The position numbers and the translations under genes were made by a program. Positions 18,897 to 28,184 of a stretch of 64,000 nt of DNA are shown here, one piece after another. The stretch spans positions 341,992-405,991 of the forward strand of contig JAGOQR010000001.1 in the NCBI GenBank assembly GCA_017991415.1, read 5' to 3'. The stretch's first letter is position 1. Every line of letters begins with the position of its first letter. Source of the DNA: Candidatus Magasanikiibacteriota bacterium (GTDB lineage Bacteria; Patescibacteriota; Patescibacteriia; Magasanikbacterales; GWA2-37-8). The notes beneath the pieces were generated by a model. It was given only the letters and a program-made list of their open reading frames with translations, had not been told where the DNA came from and searched no databases.

Positions 18897-19769
18897 TTAT
18901 TTTAACTGGGCTTCTACCTCAGCAGCAAAATCTGTCTGTTCTTTTTCTATACCCTCTCCCAATTCAAGTCGTACCATAGTTGCAATGGTAGCATTTTCTG
19001 GTAACAATTTTTGAACGGTTTTTTCTTCATCTTTGATAAAGGCTTGTTCAAGCAAACAAATTTCACTATAAAATTTGTCTAACTTGCCCTTTAGGATATT
19101 AGGGATAGCTGCCTCTGGCTTACCTTGTTGTTTGAGCTGATCAGTATAAATTTCTTTTTCTTTTTCTACTATATCTGATGGCACCTCGTCACGACTAATA
19201 TACTTTGGATTAGAAGCGGCAGCGTGCATAGCAATATCAGCAGCCAAGCCAGTATCGGTAGTATTTTTTAATAATACGAGTACCGAGATTTTTCCTCCCA
19301 AATGAGAGTAGGCTCCAAAAGCATCCTGATCAGTTTTTTCTACCACGGTAAATCGACGTAAGGAAATTTTTTCTCCAATTTTAGCAGTAAAATTATTAAG
19401 CACATCTTGTACAGTTTCGCTACCAACTTTAACACTCATAGCCTCTTCTACACCAGCTGGTTTATTTTGTACCAAGGCATCTACGAGGCTGGTTGCCATA
19501 GCTTGGAAATCTGGACTTCCGGAAACAAAATCAGTTTCAGAATTTACTTCTGCTACGACAGCAACATTACCCACTACTTTTACCTGAGTAGTACCTTCAG
19601 CCGCAATTTTATCTGTTCTTTTTGCAGCTTTAACAATACCTTTTTTTCGTAGGATTTCTCCAGCCTTTTCCATATCGCCCTCGGCTTCATCTAAGGCTTT
19701 TTTACAATCCATCATACCAGCTCCTGTTAGAGATCGGAGCTTGGCTACATCAGCAGCTGTGATTGACAT
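18897..19769 (-). CDS. tsf: elongation factor Ts
   Basis: 290 aa. N-terminal UBA-like AADVAKLRSLTGAGMMDCKKAL. Confidence 0.9.
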   Translation of the reverse strand: MSITAADVAKLRSLTGAGMMDCKKALDEAEGDMEKAGEILRKKGIVKAAKRTDKIAAEGTTQVKVVGNVAVVAEVNSETDFVSGSPDFQAMATSLVDALVQNKPAGVEEAMSVKVGSETVQDVLNNFTAKIGEKISLRRFTVVEKTDQDAFGAYSHLGGKISVLVLLKNTTDTGLAADIAMHAAASNPKYISRDEVPSDIVEKEKEIYTDQLKQQGKPEAAIPNILKGKLDKFYSEICLLEQAFIKDEEKTVQKLLPENATIATMVRLELGEGIEKEQTDFAAEVEAQLK

Positions 19770-19841
19770 ATAATTTTTTGTTAATATTTAATATCTAGTA
19801 TTTTATACTAGATATTAAAATAATTGAAGTCACTAGAGTTA

Positions 19842-20639
19842 TTATACTGATTCTTCTTTTTTAAGAGCTCGTCTTCCAGGCTTGTCAGTTTTTTCTACGT
19901 GCTGGTGTTTAACTGGCTCTTCCTTAACTCTTTCTAACTTTTTCTTTTCAAATTCTTTTCTACCTTCGTTTACTGCTTCGGCCATTAAATCTGCAATCAT
20001 CTTGATTGAGTTAACTGCATCATCATTAGCAGGAATAGGATAGGTAACTTTGTTTGGATTAGTGTTGGTATCAGAAACAGCTACCGTTGGCACTTCGGTT
20101 CGTTCGGTTTCAGCCAATGCTGTTTTTTCAGTTCTCATATCAGCGATATACACTGCATCTGGCAATTTTTCCAAACTAGTCAAACCAATAAGATACTTAT
20201 CAAGTTTTTCTAATTGTTTTTTCATTACTACTTGCTCTTTCTTTGTATATTTTTCAATTTCACCACTAGCAAACTGTTCTTTTAAGTTGTTATATTTCTT
20301 GAGGCGGCGTTTTACTTCTTCGAAGTTTGTAAGAAGCCCACCAATCCAGCGCTCTACCAAATATGGCATTTCGCAGGACATAGCTGCAGCTTTAATAGCT
20401 TCACGAGCTTGACGTTTTGTGCCCACAAATAAAATAACATGACCCTTTGCGGCCAAGTTTTTGGTATATTCTAACGCTTTCTCAAGTTGAGCTTGAGTTT
20501 TTTCTAAATCGATAATATGCACGCCGTTACGAACACCAAAAATGAATTGCTCCATTTTAGGGTGCCAGCGTGACTTTTGGTGGCCGAAATGTACCCCGGC
20601 CTTAAGCATTTCCAACAATGTTGGCATTTTCTTTGACAT
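19842..20639 (-). CDS. rpsB: 30S ribosomal protein S2
   Basis: Start set at MSKKMPTLLEMLKAGVHFGHQ (ATG at 20637-20639) with AAGGA/GGAGG upstream. The ORF track extends 15 codons further. KE-rich C-terminal tail. Confidence 0.9.
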   Translation of the reverse strand: MSKKMPTLLEMLKAGVHFGHQKSRWHPKMEQFIFGVRNGVHIIDLEKTQAQLEKALEYTKNLAAKGHVILFVGTKRQAREAIKAAAMSCEMPYLVERWIGGLLTNFEEVKRRLKKYNNLKEQFASGEIEKYTKKEQVVMKKQLEKLDKYLIGLTSLEKLPDAVYIADMRTEKTALAETERTEVPTVAVSDTNTNPNKVTYPIPANDDAVNSIKMIADLMAEAVNEGRKEFEKKKLERVKEEPVKHQHVEKTDKPGRRALKKEESV

Positions 20640-20768
20640 ATTTTCCTTATTATTGCCTCCTAGCTTTGCCCCGGAGTGGTCCAAGGGAGGAAAAAAGTAG
20701 CTAGCGAGAGTTAATTAAGATGGGTGGATTATATACGAAGAGCCAAAATTAGTCAAGGTTTCCACGCT

Positions 20769-21146
20769 TTAGTTTCTAATACTTTTTAATTTGCGCAAAA
20801 CCTGATCTTTCTTAACACTCAGCTCATCATATTGCCTCTGAAAGAATCTACTTTCCTCGTTTAATTTGTTAAGAAGCTCACTATTTGATTGATATTTTAA
20901 AGCCATTTCCTGATAAGATCGTACCTGACTTTTAGCACGTCTTAGCTCGTCATCTATCGATTCAAGTAATAATAGTAGAGAATCTTCAGTTTCTTGACTA
21001 CTTGCATTCTGATTATTTTCAACAGAGGCAGCAGGTTGCACGTGCTCAACCCCTTCTTCAACCATAACCGAAGGCAAAAAATCAGCAGGCTGGATACTGT
21101 TATAATTTTGCTTAGGATAGATTTCACCTGAAACTTCTGGCATCAT
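20769..21146 (-). CDS. hypothetical coiled-coil protein (125 aa)
   Basis: Acidic N-terminal half. The C-terminal half has heptad-like charged repeats (ELRRAKSQVRSYQEMALKYQ...). Confidence 0.5.
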   Translation of the reverse strand: MMPEVSGEIYPKQNYNSIQPADFLPSVMVEEGVEHVQPAASVENNQNASSQETEDSLLLLLESIDDELRRAKSQVRSYQEMALKYQSNSELLNKLNEESRFFQRQYDELSVKKDQVLRKLKSIRN

Positions 21147-21208
21147 AATTTAGAATTTAATTATTTTTTCGCCTCACCAACTACGAATTTTCATAATTGG
21201 ATTTAGCG

Positions 21209-21231
21209 GCTCGTCTTGGGTGAAGACGAGC
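21209..21231 (-). terminator. GC-rich hairpin GCTCGTCTT-gggtg-AAGACGAGC downstream of the cassette-2 gene
   Basis: Perfect 9-bp stem. About 46 nt past the minus-strand stop. The flanks are not U-rich, so it may be a stability or processing element rather than an intrinsic terminator. Confidence 0.4.
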
Positions 21232-21276
21232 TAGCGGAAATAGACCCGGCCGCGCTTTTGATTGCGCTTTCAGGTA

Positions 21277-21870
21277 CTATTGGAACGGAGACCAGCGAAC
21301 TTCCACCACGGGACGCTCTTCGCTGACCTTGATGGTCTGGGGGCTTGTTTCACACCGATGCTCACAGGGGAGCCTCGTCATCATCACCGTATAGGTTCCC
21401 GGTGCCGAAAGGTAGATCTCGCAGGGCTCGCGAACACCTTCGTAGTGTCCACACCACTTGCGATCCTGACCAGGAACATCCATCTGCACGGAGAAGACAC
21501 CGATTTCAGGAAACACGAGGCGGTAGTCCTTCTCCAGTTGAATGGTGACGTTGAGCCCTTCACCTATTCTACTATCAAACAAGATGCTCAAGCCCTGATC
21601 CCTGTACCACTTGGGCGGCCTGAGTCCCTTGGGCGCCTCGATCTGGATCGAGTTGAGACCAGGTCCGACAGAACCTCGGAACGAAGTGATACCCGCATCC
21701 AGGTGGTTGATCTGCACCTTCGAAGTGACGGACTGTCCCTGGAAGGTCGTCTCAACCGTAGTGATGCCCTTGATGGGGAAGAGCTTCCAAGAGGCGAAGC
21801 CGTTGTAGCAGAGCGCCACCGCCGCAGCGATAAGCGCAGAGATGAATACAAACCAAAACACTTTACGCAT
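21277..21870 (-). CDS. GC-rich exported/membrane-anchored hypothetical protein (197 aa), compositionally foreign
   Basis: GAAGGGG Shine-Dalgarno 6 nt before the ATG at 21868-21870. N-terminal signal/TM (MRKVFWFVFISALIAAAVALCY). Four Cys near the C-terminus. GC3-rich codons unlike the neighbours. The overlapping plus-strand ORF (21262-21915) is Arg-rich, a typical mirror-frame artefact. Confidence 0.55.
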   Translation of the reverse strand: MRKVFWFVFISALIAAAVALCYNGFASWKLFPIKGITTVETTFQGQSVTSKVQINHLDAGITSFRGSVGPGLNSIQIEAPKGLRPPKWYRDQGLSILFDSRIGEGLNVTIQLEKDYRLVFPEIGVFSVQMDVPGQDRKWCGHYEGVREPCEIYLSAPGTYTVMMTRLPCEHRCETSPQTIKVSEERPVVEVRWSPFQ

Positions 21871-21908
21871 TTGAGCCCCTTCGATTCGATTATGCCTTGT
21901 TCAGGCGA

Positions 21909-21960
21909 GTTTTAATGTGTGAAAAACCCACTTACTTACAGGCTATTCACACATTAAAAC
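21909..21960. repeat. perfect 15-bp inverted repeat GTTTTAATGTGTGAA ... TTCACACATTAAAAC in the leader of the cassette-2 gene
   Basis: Arms 21909-21923 and 21946-21960 with a 22-nt loop. Sits between the predicted minus-strand promoter (-10 at about 21990) and the start codon at 21870. Confidence 0.45.
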
Positions 21961-21989
21961 TATTACATCCACTTTAGATATAACTGCAT

Positions 21990-22051
21990 AGCATAGCACA
22001 AAATTTGGCTTTTGTCAACATATTGACAAACACAAGCAATGATGCTACTAT
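21990..22051. promoter_or_regulatory. divergent promoter pair built on an 18-bp palindrome TTGTCAA-CATA-TTGACAA
   Basis: Plus strand has TTGACA (22023-22028), a 17-nt spacer and TACTAT (22046-22051) for rpmE. Minus strand has TTGACA (rc of 22013-22018), a 17-nt spacer and TATGCT (rc of 21990-21995), which would drive the cassette-2 gene. Confidence 0.5.
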
Positions 22052-22085
22052 GTGAGCACCTTTAAATAAAACCTTTCCAAATTTT

Positions 22086-22382
22086 ATGAAGAAAGAAATT
22101 CACCCAGAATATCACAATGATACAGAAGTGATCTGCGCGTGCGGTAACAAATTTACCACTGGCAGCACCCTAAAATCTATCCGTATTGAGTTGTGCAATA
22201 AATGCCATCCTTTTTATACTGGCAAACAAAAATTTGTTGACACCGCTCGTCGTGTAGAGAAATTCAAAGAAAAAACAGACAAACAAACTGCTGCTGCCGC
22301 TACTCGCAAAGGCCAAAAAGTAAAGAAGGCTGCTGTGGCTGCAAAAAAATCTGCCAAAAAAGCCGCTGACAAAAAGGCTTAG
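22086..22382 (+). CDS. rpmE: 50S ribosomal protein L31 with a Lys/Ala-rich C-terminal extension
   Basis: [10 protein letters not shown]...CACGNKF...[10 protein letters not shown]. The Zn-ribbon cysteines are present. Confidence 0.9.
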   Translation: MKKEIHPEYHNDTEVICACGNKFTTGSTLKSIRIELCNKCHPFYTGKQKFVDTARRVEKFKEKTDKQTAAAATRKGQKVKKAAVAAKKSAKKAADKKA

Positions 22383-22396
22383 CTTTAATAATCTCA

Positions 22397-22440
22397 AAAA
22401 ACAGACTATAATACTTTTTATGTTTAGTCTGTTTTTTTAA
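22397..22440 (+). terminator. hairpin AAACAGACTA ... TAGTCTGTTT then a T7 run after rpmE
   Basis: 10-bp stem with a 16-nt loop, followed by TTTTTTT (22433-22439). Confidence 0.45.
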
Positions 22441-22476
22441 TAACATTATTAAAGATATAAAAAAACAGCCAAGATT

Positions 22477-23559
22477 ATGCAAAAAAAATACTTAGAGATA
22501 GAAAATAAATTTAGACAACTAGAAGCCGATTTACAAGATCCGAGCGTGCTTAATGATCCTAAAAAAATCAAAGACATCTCTCAGGAATACACAGAACTCA
22601 AACCTACTGTAGAAAAAATACGAGAACTAGCGATAACTGAAAAAGCAATCTCAGAAACTCAAACTATTGTTGATACTGAACCGGATGCACAAATGAAAGA
22701 AATGGCTGCTGCCGAGTTGCCTGATTTAGAAAATAAAAAAACATCTCTCGAAAAAGAATTAGATGAAATGACCAGACCACAAGATCCATTTGATAAAAAA
22801 AGTGTGATTATGGAAATCCGTGCTGGTGTGGGCGGTGATGAATCAGCCTTATTTACCGCTGAGCTGTACCGCATGTATACCCGATATGCCGAAAACCAAG
22901 GCTGGAAAACAACCATGCTTGATTGTAACCGCATTGGTATTGGTGGATTTAAAGAAGTTATTTTTTCCATCAAAGGCAGAAATGTATATAAGGATTTAAA
23001 ATACGAAATGGGCGTGCATAGAGTACAACGAGTGCCTGATACCGAAAAAGCTGGCCGTATCCATACCTCAACCGTTACCGTAGCCGTACTACCTGAAATA
23101 GAAGAAACCGAAATTAAAATTGAACCAAAAGATTTGCGCATCGACACATTCTGTTCAGGTGGCGCGGGCGGACAAAGTGTTAACACCACCTATTCGGCTG
23201 TGCGTATCATCCATATTCCAACCAACATCATGGTGCAATGTCAGGATGAACGATCTCAGACTGCCAACAAAGAAAAAGCTATGGCCGTATTACGTGCCCG
23301 TATTTATGCTGCTGAACGTGAGGAAAAAATGAAGGCTATTACCGAAAAACGACGTTCCCAAATTGGTAGTGGCGACCGTAGTGAAAAAATCCGTACCTAT
23401 AACTTCCCTCAAGACCGCATTACCGATCATCGTATTCATCAAAATTGGAATAGCATTCCTCGAATCTTAGATGGCGAACTTGAGCAAATCATACTCGCGG
23501 TACGTACCGCTGAATTTGAAGGTTTTGACACAAGCGCAAACGACGAAGACGAAGATTAA
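22477..23559 (+). CDS. prfA: peptide chain release factor 1
   Basis: 360 aa with a GGQ motif ([10 protein letters not shown]). The RF1-type tripeptide region reads [14 protein letters not shown]. Adjacent to prmC. Confidence 0.9.
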   Translation: MQKKYLEIENKFRQLEADLQDPSVLNDPKKIKDISQEYTELKPTVEKIRELAITEKAISETQTIVDTEPDAQMKEMAAAELPDLENKKTSLEKELDEMTRPQDPFDKKSVIMEIRAGVGGDESALFTAELYRMYTRYAENQGWKTTMLDCNRIGIGGFKEVIFSIKGRNVYKDLKYEMGVHRVQRVPDTEKAGRIHTSTVTVAVLPEIEETEIKIEPKDLRIDTFCSGGAGGQSVNTTYSAVRIIHIPTNIMVQCQDERSQTANKEKAMAVLRARIYAAEREEKMKAITEKRRSQIGSGDRSEKIRTYNFPQDRITDHRIHQNWNSIPRILDGELEQIILAVRTAEFEGFDTSANDEDED

Positions 23560-23569
23560 TCTAATCCAG

Positions 23570-25030
23570 ATGCAAAAGTTTAAAAAATACTTCCCTATTG
23601 CCCTTATTCTTATAACGGCTTTCTTTTTGCGTTTACTTATACTTTTTAAGTACGGTAATTTGTGGAGCGACGAATGGTTTAGCATTACCTACAGCCAAAA
23701 ACCGTGGTACTCCAGCCTCACAAAGTTTTGGATATGGGAGACTAACCCTCCCTTACACATGATCTTTCTTAAAGCCTGGTTTTATATTGCGCCCGTTACC
23801 GAATTTTGGGCACGCACTTCGAGCACCATCATTTCCTTATTATCCATAGCTATCCTGTACATTTTAAACAAAAAACTATTTAACGAAAAAATTGCCCTTG
23901 TAAGCGCAGCTATACTCTCCGTAACACCTGTACACTTATTTTTTTCTGCTACTGTTCGTGCCTATGCCCTCCTACTTTTTTTTACTATTATTTCTACCTA
24001 TTACTTTTTTACTATTTTTTATTCCCAAGAAAAAACAAAGAAAAATATTCTTTTGTTTATTCTCTTTACCACCCTTCTTTTATATACCCATCTGACCGCC
24101 ACTCTCGTACTTGCAAGCCAATTTATAGCTCTCCTTATTACCAATCGAACCCAAATTAAACAATGGATTAAACAAATACTACTGCCCGTTGTTTTTTTAC
24201 TCGTATGGGCAATTCCCTCTTTGACTTACAAACTAACATTTAACACTGTCCAAAACGGATGGTTTTTTAATATCAAAAGCAACTACTTAGATGTCGTTGA
24301 AAAAATAGCTTCTTTGTTTATCGGATACACAGATTGGAAAATAGGCATCCTCGCGCTTTTTGTATTCGGTTATGGCACATACTTGTTAATTAAAAAACAA
24401 CGTCAATCTAATCAGCATAGCACTATTATAGTTATTTATATTCTATTTTTATTTCCTATTTGCTGTGCACTTTTTCTCAACCTACTCAATATCAAGTTCT
24501 TTTTAATTACCTTGCCATGGTCTATAACACTTACTGCTTATTTACTCCATACATTTAATAAAAAATATATCGGACATTTTATTATTTACACCCTCCTTAC
24601 AATTAACGCCTTTTCCTTATACAAAAGTTTACCGCTTAACAATTGGCAGCCCGTAGATAGTTATATTAACCAGAGATACAATTCCAGCACCAAACAACTT
24701 ATTATCTACAATTCCTTTACCCAAAAACACGAGGTAGAGCATTACCTAACTACACAAATACCTGCCTATGCCTACGTACCTCACAACACCGACTGGGATA
24801 ATTATTTAATTACTAATAACTATTTACGATATATTCATCCAGATTCAGAAATTAAAAAATGGCTAAACGATTACCAGATACATACATTTCAAGAAATAAT
24901 ATTACTTGATGATAAAGATGTTGGTATAGATATCGCCCCTATACTATTACAGCAAAACTGGCACGAACAAGAGCCAGCATTTAAAGCCCCTTTGGCGGCC
25001 AATGTGTACGTGCGCTATTTTAAAAAATAA
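23570..25030 (+). CDS. glycosyltransferase family 39-like (ArnT/PMT-type) integral membrane protein
   Basis: Start set at MQKFKKYFPIALIL just after the prfA stop. Polytopic membrane protein with a DE-type loop motif (WSDEW) near the first helices. ArnT/PMT_2-like. Confidence 0.55.
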   Translation: MQKFKKYFPIALILITAFFLRLLILFKYGNLWSDEWFSITYSQKPWYSSLTKFWIWETNPPLHMIFLKAWFYIAPVTEFWARTSSTIISLLSIAILYILNKKLFNEKIALVSAAILSVTPVHLFFSATVRAYALLLFFTIISTYYFFTIFYSQEKTKKNILLFILFTTLLLYTHLTATLVLASQFIALLITNRTQIKQWIKQILLPVVFLLVWAIPSLTYKLTFNTVQNGWFFNIKSNYLDVVEKIASLFIGYTDWKIGILALFVFGYGTYLLIKKQRQSNQHSTIIVIYILFLFPICCALFLNLLNIKFFLITLPWSITLTAYLLHTFNKKYIGHFIIYTLLTINAFSLYKSLPLNNWQPVDSYINQRYNSSTKQLIIYNSFTQKHEVEHYLTTQIPAYAYVPHNTDWDNYLITNNYLRYIHPDSEIKKWLNDYQIHTFQEIILLDDKDVGIDIAPILLQQNWHEQEPAFKAPLAANVYVRYFKK

Positions 25031-25037
25031 GTTCGAT

Positions 25038-25889
25038 ATGAATATTCATGAAATACAAAAAAAATTGCACACCTATACCCCTCTCGATATTGAGGTATTA
25101 CTTGGAGCAGCCATAAAAAAACCAAGAGAATTTTTATATACTCACCCTGAATACAAACTAACACTTATTCAGAGCATCCGTTTACGATACAGTATTTTTT
25201 TATATAAAAAAGGTTATTCCGTAGCCGCTATTATTGGTCATAAAGAATTTTATGGCTTAGATTTTTTGGTAAACAAGCACGTACTTATTCCTCGCCCTGA
25301 TACAGAACTTATGGTAGAGGAAGCTATAAAAACTCTTGGCCATGAACTAGAAACAAAAAATACCAACATCATATATATAGACGTGGGTACAGGCAGCGGC
25401 TGCATTCCAATTTCTGTTGTAAAAAATTTACCAAAATTAGAGCAGGCATACGCTATCGACAATTCCAATTTGGCGCTCAAAGTAGCTAAGAAAAATGCCA
25501 AAAAACACCGGGTGCATATAGATTTTTTACACGGTAATTTACTTGAACCTATCTTAAAAAATAAATCACTCCTTGGCACTCCTTGCTTTTTTACTATCAC
25601 TGCCAATCTTCCGTACCTCAGCGAAGCTCAATTTAGATCCGAACCTTCTATTTGGCGAGAACCAAAAAATGCTCTAGTGGCAAAAAATAACGGCCTTGAT
25701 TTGTACGAAAAATTACTAAACCAAATTAAAGATCTGCCTAATTTTTGCCAGATGTTTCTATTCCTTGAAATTGACCCATCTCAAACAGAGGCAATTGTCC
25801 AGCTGGTTTTCAAATATATTCCTAAAGCACAGATTAAAATAAAAAAAGATCTAGCTGACCTAGATCGTCTGGTGATTATTTCTCTATAA
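25038..25889 (+). CDS. prmC: release factor glutamine N5-methyltransferase (HemK/PrmC)
   Basis: Start at MNIHEIQKK. SAM-binding IYIDVGTGSGCI and catalytic ITANLPYL (NPPY variant). Confidence 0.85.
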   Translation: MNIHEIQKKLHTYTPLDIEVLLGAAIKKPREFLYTHPEYKLTLIQSIRLRYSIFLYKKGYSVAAIIGHKEFYGLDFLVNKHVLIPRPDTELMVEEAIKTLGHELETKNTNIIYIDVGTGSGCIPISVVKNLPKLEQAYAIDNSNLALKVAKKNAKKHRVHIDFLHGNLLEPILKNKSLLGTPCFFTITANLPYLSEAQFRSEPSIWREPKNALVAKNNGLDLYEKLLNQIKDLPNFCQMFLFLEIDPSQTEAIVQLVFKYIPKAQIKIKKDLADLDRLVIISL

Positions 25890-25897
25890 AAGTTACT

Positions 25898-26974
25898 CTA
25901 CGGGCTCGAATTAGCTGCGGATACTTTCATATTTTTATCAACTACTTCAATCCAGGTGTTACCTGGAGTAAGCACAATTTCCTGGCCATTTGCATCATAA
26001 AAACGAGTACGGCCTGACAGACTTTTTTTCTCCCATGTTCCGTGCACGACCTCACCTTTTCTTAAAATAGTCGCCTCACCACTACCCACAGTTTTTATTT
26101 CTTGCCTACCCTTATCATCATTGGCAATATCTTCTACGCTGGTAACTTGAACTATAATATTGCGAGCCCACACTTCCGAACCATCTCTGTCTCGTTCATT
26201 TTTACTATTTATACTGCGCTGATACTGCATCGTAGCAGAATCATATTTCCAAGCTATCGTATACCCAACACTAAAAGTAATTTGTAACTCACTACTACTT
26301 GCTACGCTACTACCAACATCCTGATCAAACTTCCAAGCCATATCTGCAGTAAACAATGAGCTCGAGTTCGCTCGCCTATCTAACATTGCTTGCCAATTTT
26401 TACTGCTGATAAATAAATTATGTGGGGCAAAATGATGTGTACCGCGCCAAAAATATTGCCCCCAGAAAAACTCATTGGCATCAAAAATTTTACGAGGCTT
26501 AATAGCAGCGAGCGCTTGTGGTGACCCACCAGAATGAACATATAAGCCATCACCATATTCTTGAATCCAATCTAAAAAATATAGCCTGGCACTTCGTACA
26601 GGGCCAACTTCAGCTACTTCTTGCGCGCTATCAAAAATCGCAAAATAACGAGTAATACCACCTTCTACCATTGCTTCATATACGATTTTGGCACGAGAAA
26701 CACCAGACTGCGGCCATGCATCAACGTGATTATCTATCATAATACCTACTGCTCGCACACTTGTTTCTTCCTGAGAATTAACTGCTGCACCATCAAGCGG
26801 ATTTTGAAACTCTATTTTTTTAGCACTGTGTAAAACGCCCTCTTGGAACGGAAACACAACTAGGGATCTTTCTGAAAATCTATACCAAATTGCCGACCCA
26901 AGAATAAAAATCAAAAAAAATATAGCATATACCGAATACGGACGAATCCTTGATAAACGAAAAGGCATTTTCAT
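25898..26974 (-). CDS. DUF3048-like (YerB family) membrane-anchored protein
   Basis: 358 aa. N-terminal TM, then an ITRYFAIFDS-type motif and a C-terminal beta-rich domain. Tentatively assigned to the YerB/DUF3048 family. Confidence 0.45.
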   Translation of the reverse strand: MKMPFRLSRIRPYSVYAIFFLIFILGSAIWYRFSERSLVVFPFQEGVLHSAKKIEFQNPLDGAAVNSQEETSVRAVGIMIDNHVDAWPQSGVSRAKIVYEAMVEGGITRYFAIFDSAQEVAEVGPVRSARLYFLDWIQEYGDGLYVHSGGSPQALAAIKPRKIFDANEFFWGQYFWRGTHHFAPHNLFISSKNWQAMLDRRANSSSLFTADMAWKFDQDVGSSVASSSELQITFSVGYTIAWKYDSATMQYQRSINSKNERDRDGSEVWARNIIVQVTSVEDIANDDKGRQEIKTVGSGEATILRKGEVVHGTWEKKSLSGRTRFYDANGQEIVLTPGNTWIEVVDKNMKVSAANSSP

Positions 26975-27000
26975 ATATGTAATAGTAGCAAAATAAAATT

Positions 27001-27032
27001 AAAACTGCCAGGGCAAAAGCTCTGGCAGTTTT
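27001..27032 (-). terminator. rho-independent terminator after rplY (AAACTGCCAG ... CTGGCAGTTT hairpin + T-run)
   Basis: 10-bp stem 27002-27011 / 27022-27031. T-rich 3' flank on the minus-strand reading. Confidence 0.55.
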
Positions 27033-27056
27033 AATTTTGGAAGTATATTGTTTATT

Positions 27057-27746
27057 TTATTTCTTTTCAGTCTCTTCTTTCTTTTCAGCGCCGTCTGCAG
27101 CTTCAGCACCTTCTTCATCTTCTTTCTTCTTACCCGCTGTTTCGATCTTAGTAAGATCGACTGGAGCAGCTGCTTCCATAGCCTTCATTTCTTCTTCAGT
27201 CATAGCTGGGGTAGCTTTGGCTACCAAATCATCTGCTTGAGGACTGGTAATAGTAACAGAACTTGGAACAACTAAATCTTTAACTTTAATTGCATCGTCA
27301 AAAGTTTTAAGAGAGGAAATATCAACATCAATGTGAGAAATCAAATCTTTTGGCAAACATTCAACTTCTACAGAAGAGATATTATGCATCAAAGTACCGC
27401 CTTGTTCTTTAATAACTGACGCTTCTCCAACAAAACGCAACTCAACCGTAGCAGTCATGGACTTGTTCATATCGATACGGCGTAAATCTACGTGGATAAT
27501 TTGGTCAGTAACTGGATCGTATTGAATATCGTGAATCAAAATTTTACCTTCTGCTTTTTCATCCAAGAATAAATCGATCAAACTAGCTTCACCAGCTTCG
27601 TTATACAATCGTACAAATTCGTCATGACTTAACGTAACAGACAAAGCTTCTCCGCCCATTCCATATACCACTGCTGGTAAAACAGTTTTAGTACGAATTT
27701 TTTCTCCTTTTTCTTCTCTTTTTTTGGCCGATAATTTTAATGTCAT
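27057..27746 (-). CDS. rplY: 50S ribosomal protein L25 / general stress protein Ctc, with an acidic KE-rich C-terminal tail
   Basis: N-terminal L25 fold motif (KTVLPAVVYGMGGEALSVTL) and a C-terminal beta-barrel domain. Confidence 0.85.
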   Translation of the reverse strand: MTLKLSAKKREEKGEKIRTKTVLPAVVYGMGGEALSVTLSHDEFVRLYNEAGEASLIDLFLDEKAEGKILIHDIQYDPVTDQIIHVDLRRIDMNKSMTATVELRFVGEASVIKEQGGTLMHNISSVEVECLPKDLISHIDVDISSLKTFDDAIKVKDLVVPSSVTITSPQADDLVAKATPAMTEEEMKAMEAAAPVDLTKIETAGKKKEDEEGAEAADGAEKKEETEKK

Positions 27747-27751
27747 AAATA

Positions 27752-28120
27752 TTATTTCAATTTTGCCGAATCGGCGGAATCGCGCCTTACAGCAGTAATA
27801 AAATCTGGACTATTTATAAATTGATGCGCCTCTATAGTTTCATCTACTGAAATAGAGGGCAGTTTGTACAATTTTTGCACATCCTTGAAACTCAAATCAG
27901 TAATCATTCCTACCGTACTCACACCTTTTGCCAAGGTCATTACCATGGCAATAAAGTAACCATGACAACCTTCACACGTAAAGTGCACAAATTTAGCTTC
28001 GCTTTCGTTTGCAAACAATTGTATTGCCTCTGACTTATAATCACGATTACAAACCGGGCAATGACTGATTAATTTTAAAGTTTTTCGCCAAGAATCTGAG
28101 TTGCTGTTGTTTGCCAACAT
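27752..28120 (-). CDS. hypothetical small zinc-ribbon protein (122 aa)
   Basis: CPVCN ... CEGCHG (two CxxC pairs about 28 residues apart). Confidence 0.45.
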   Translation of the reverse strand: MLANNSNSDSWRKTLKLISHCPVCNRDYKSEAIQLFANESEAKFVHFTCEGCHGYFIAMVMTLAKGVSTVGMITDLSFKDVQKLYKLPSISVDETIEAHQFINSPDFITAVRRDSADSAKLK

Positions 28121-28184
28121 ATATTTTTGTATGCCCTATACTAAATTATTTTAAGAAAAATGTCAAGACGTGGAAGATGCCCGT

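Noticed and set aside
21262-21915. 217-aa plus-strand ORF covering the same GC-rich segment as the minus-strand 197-aa gene
   Set aside because: Arg/Asp/His-rich composition with no hydrophobic core, typical of the mirror frame of a GC-rich gene. The minus-strand ORF has the SD, the signal peptide and sensible composition.
23035-23060. RF1 tripeptide motif reads PDT instead of the common PAT/PVT
   Set aside because: The middle position of PxT is variable across RF1s. Without a multiple alignment this cannot be called anomalous.
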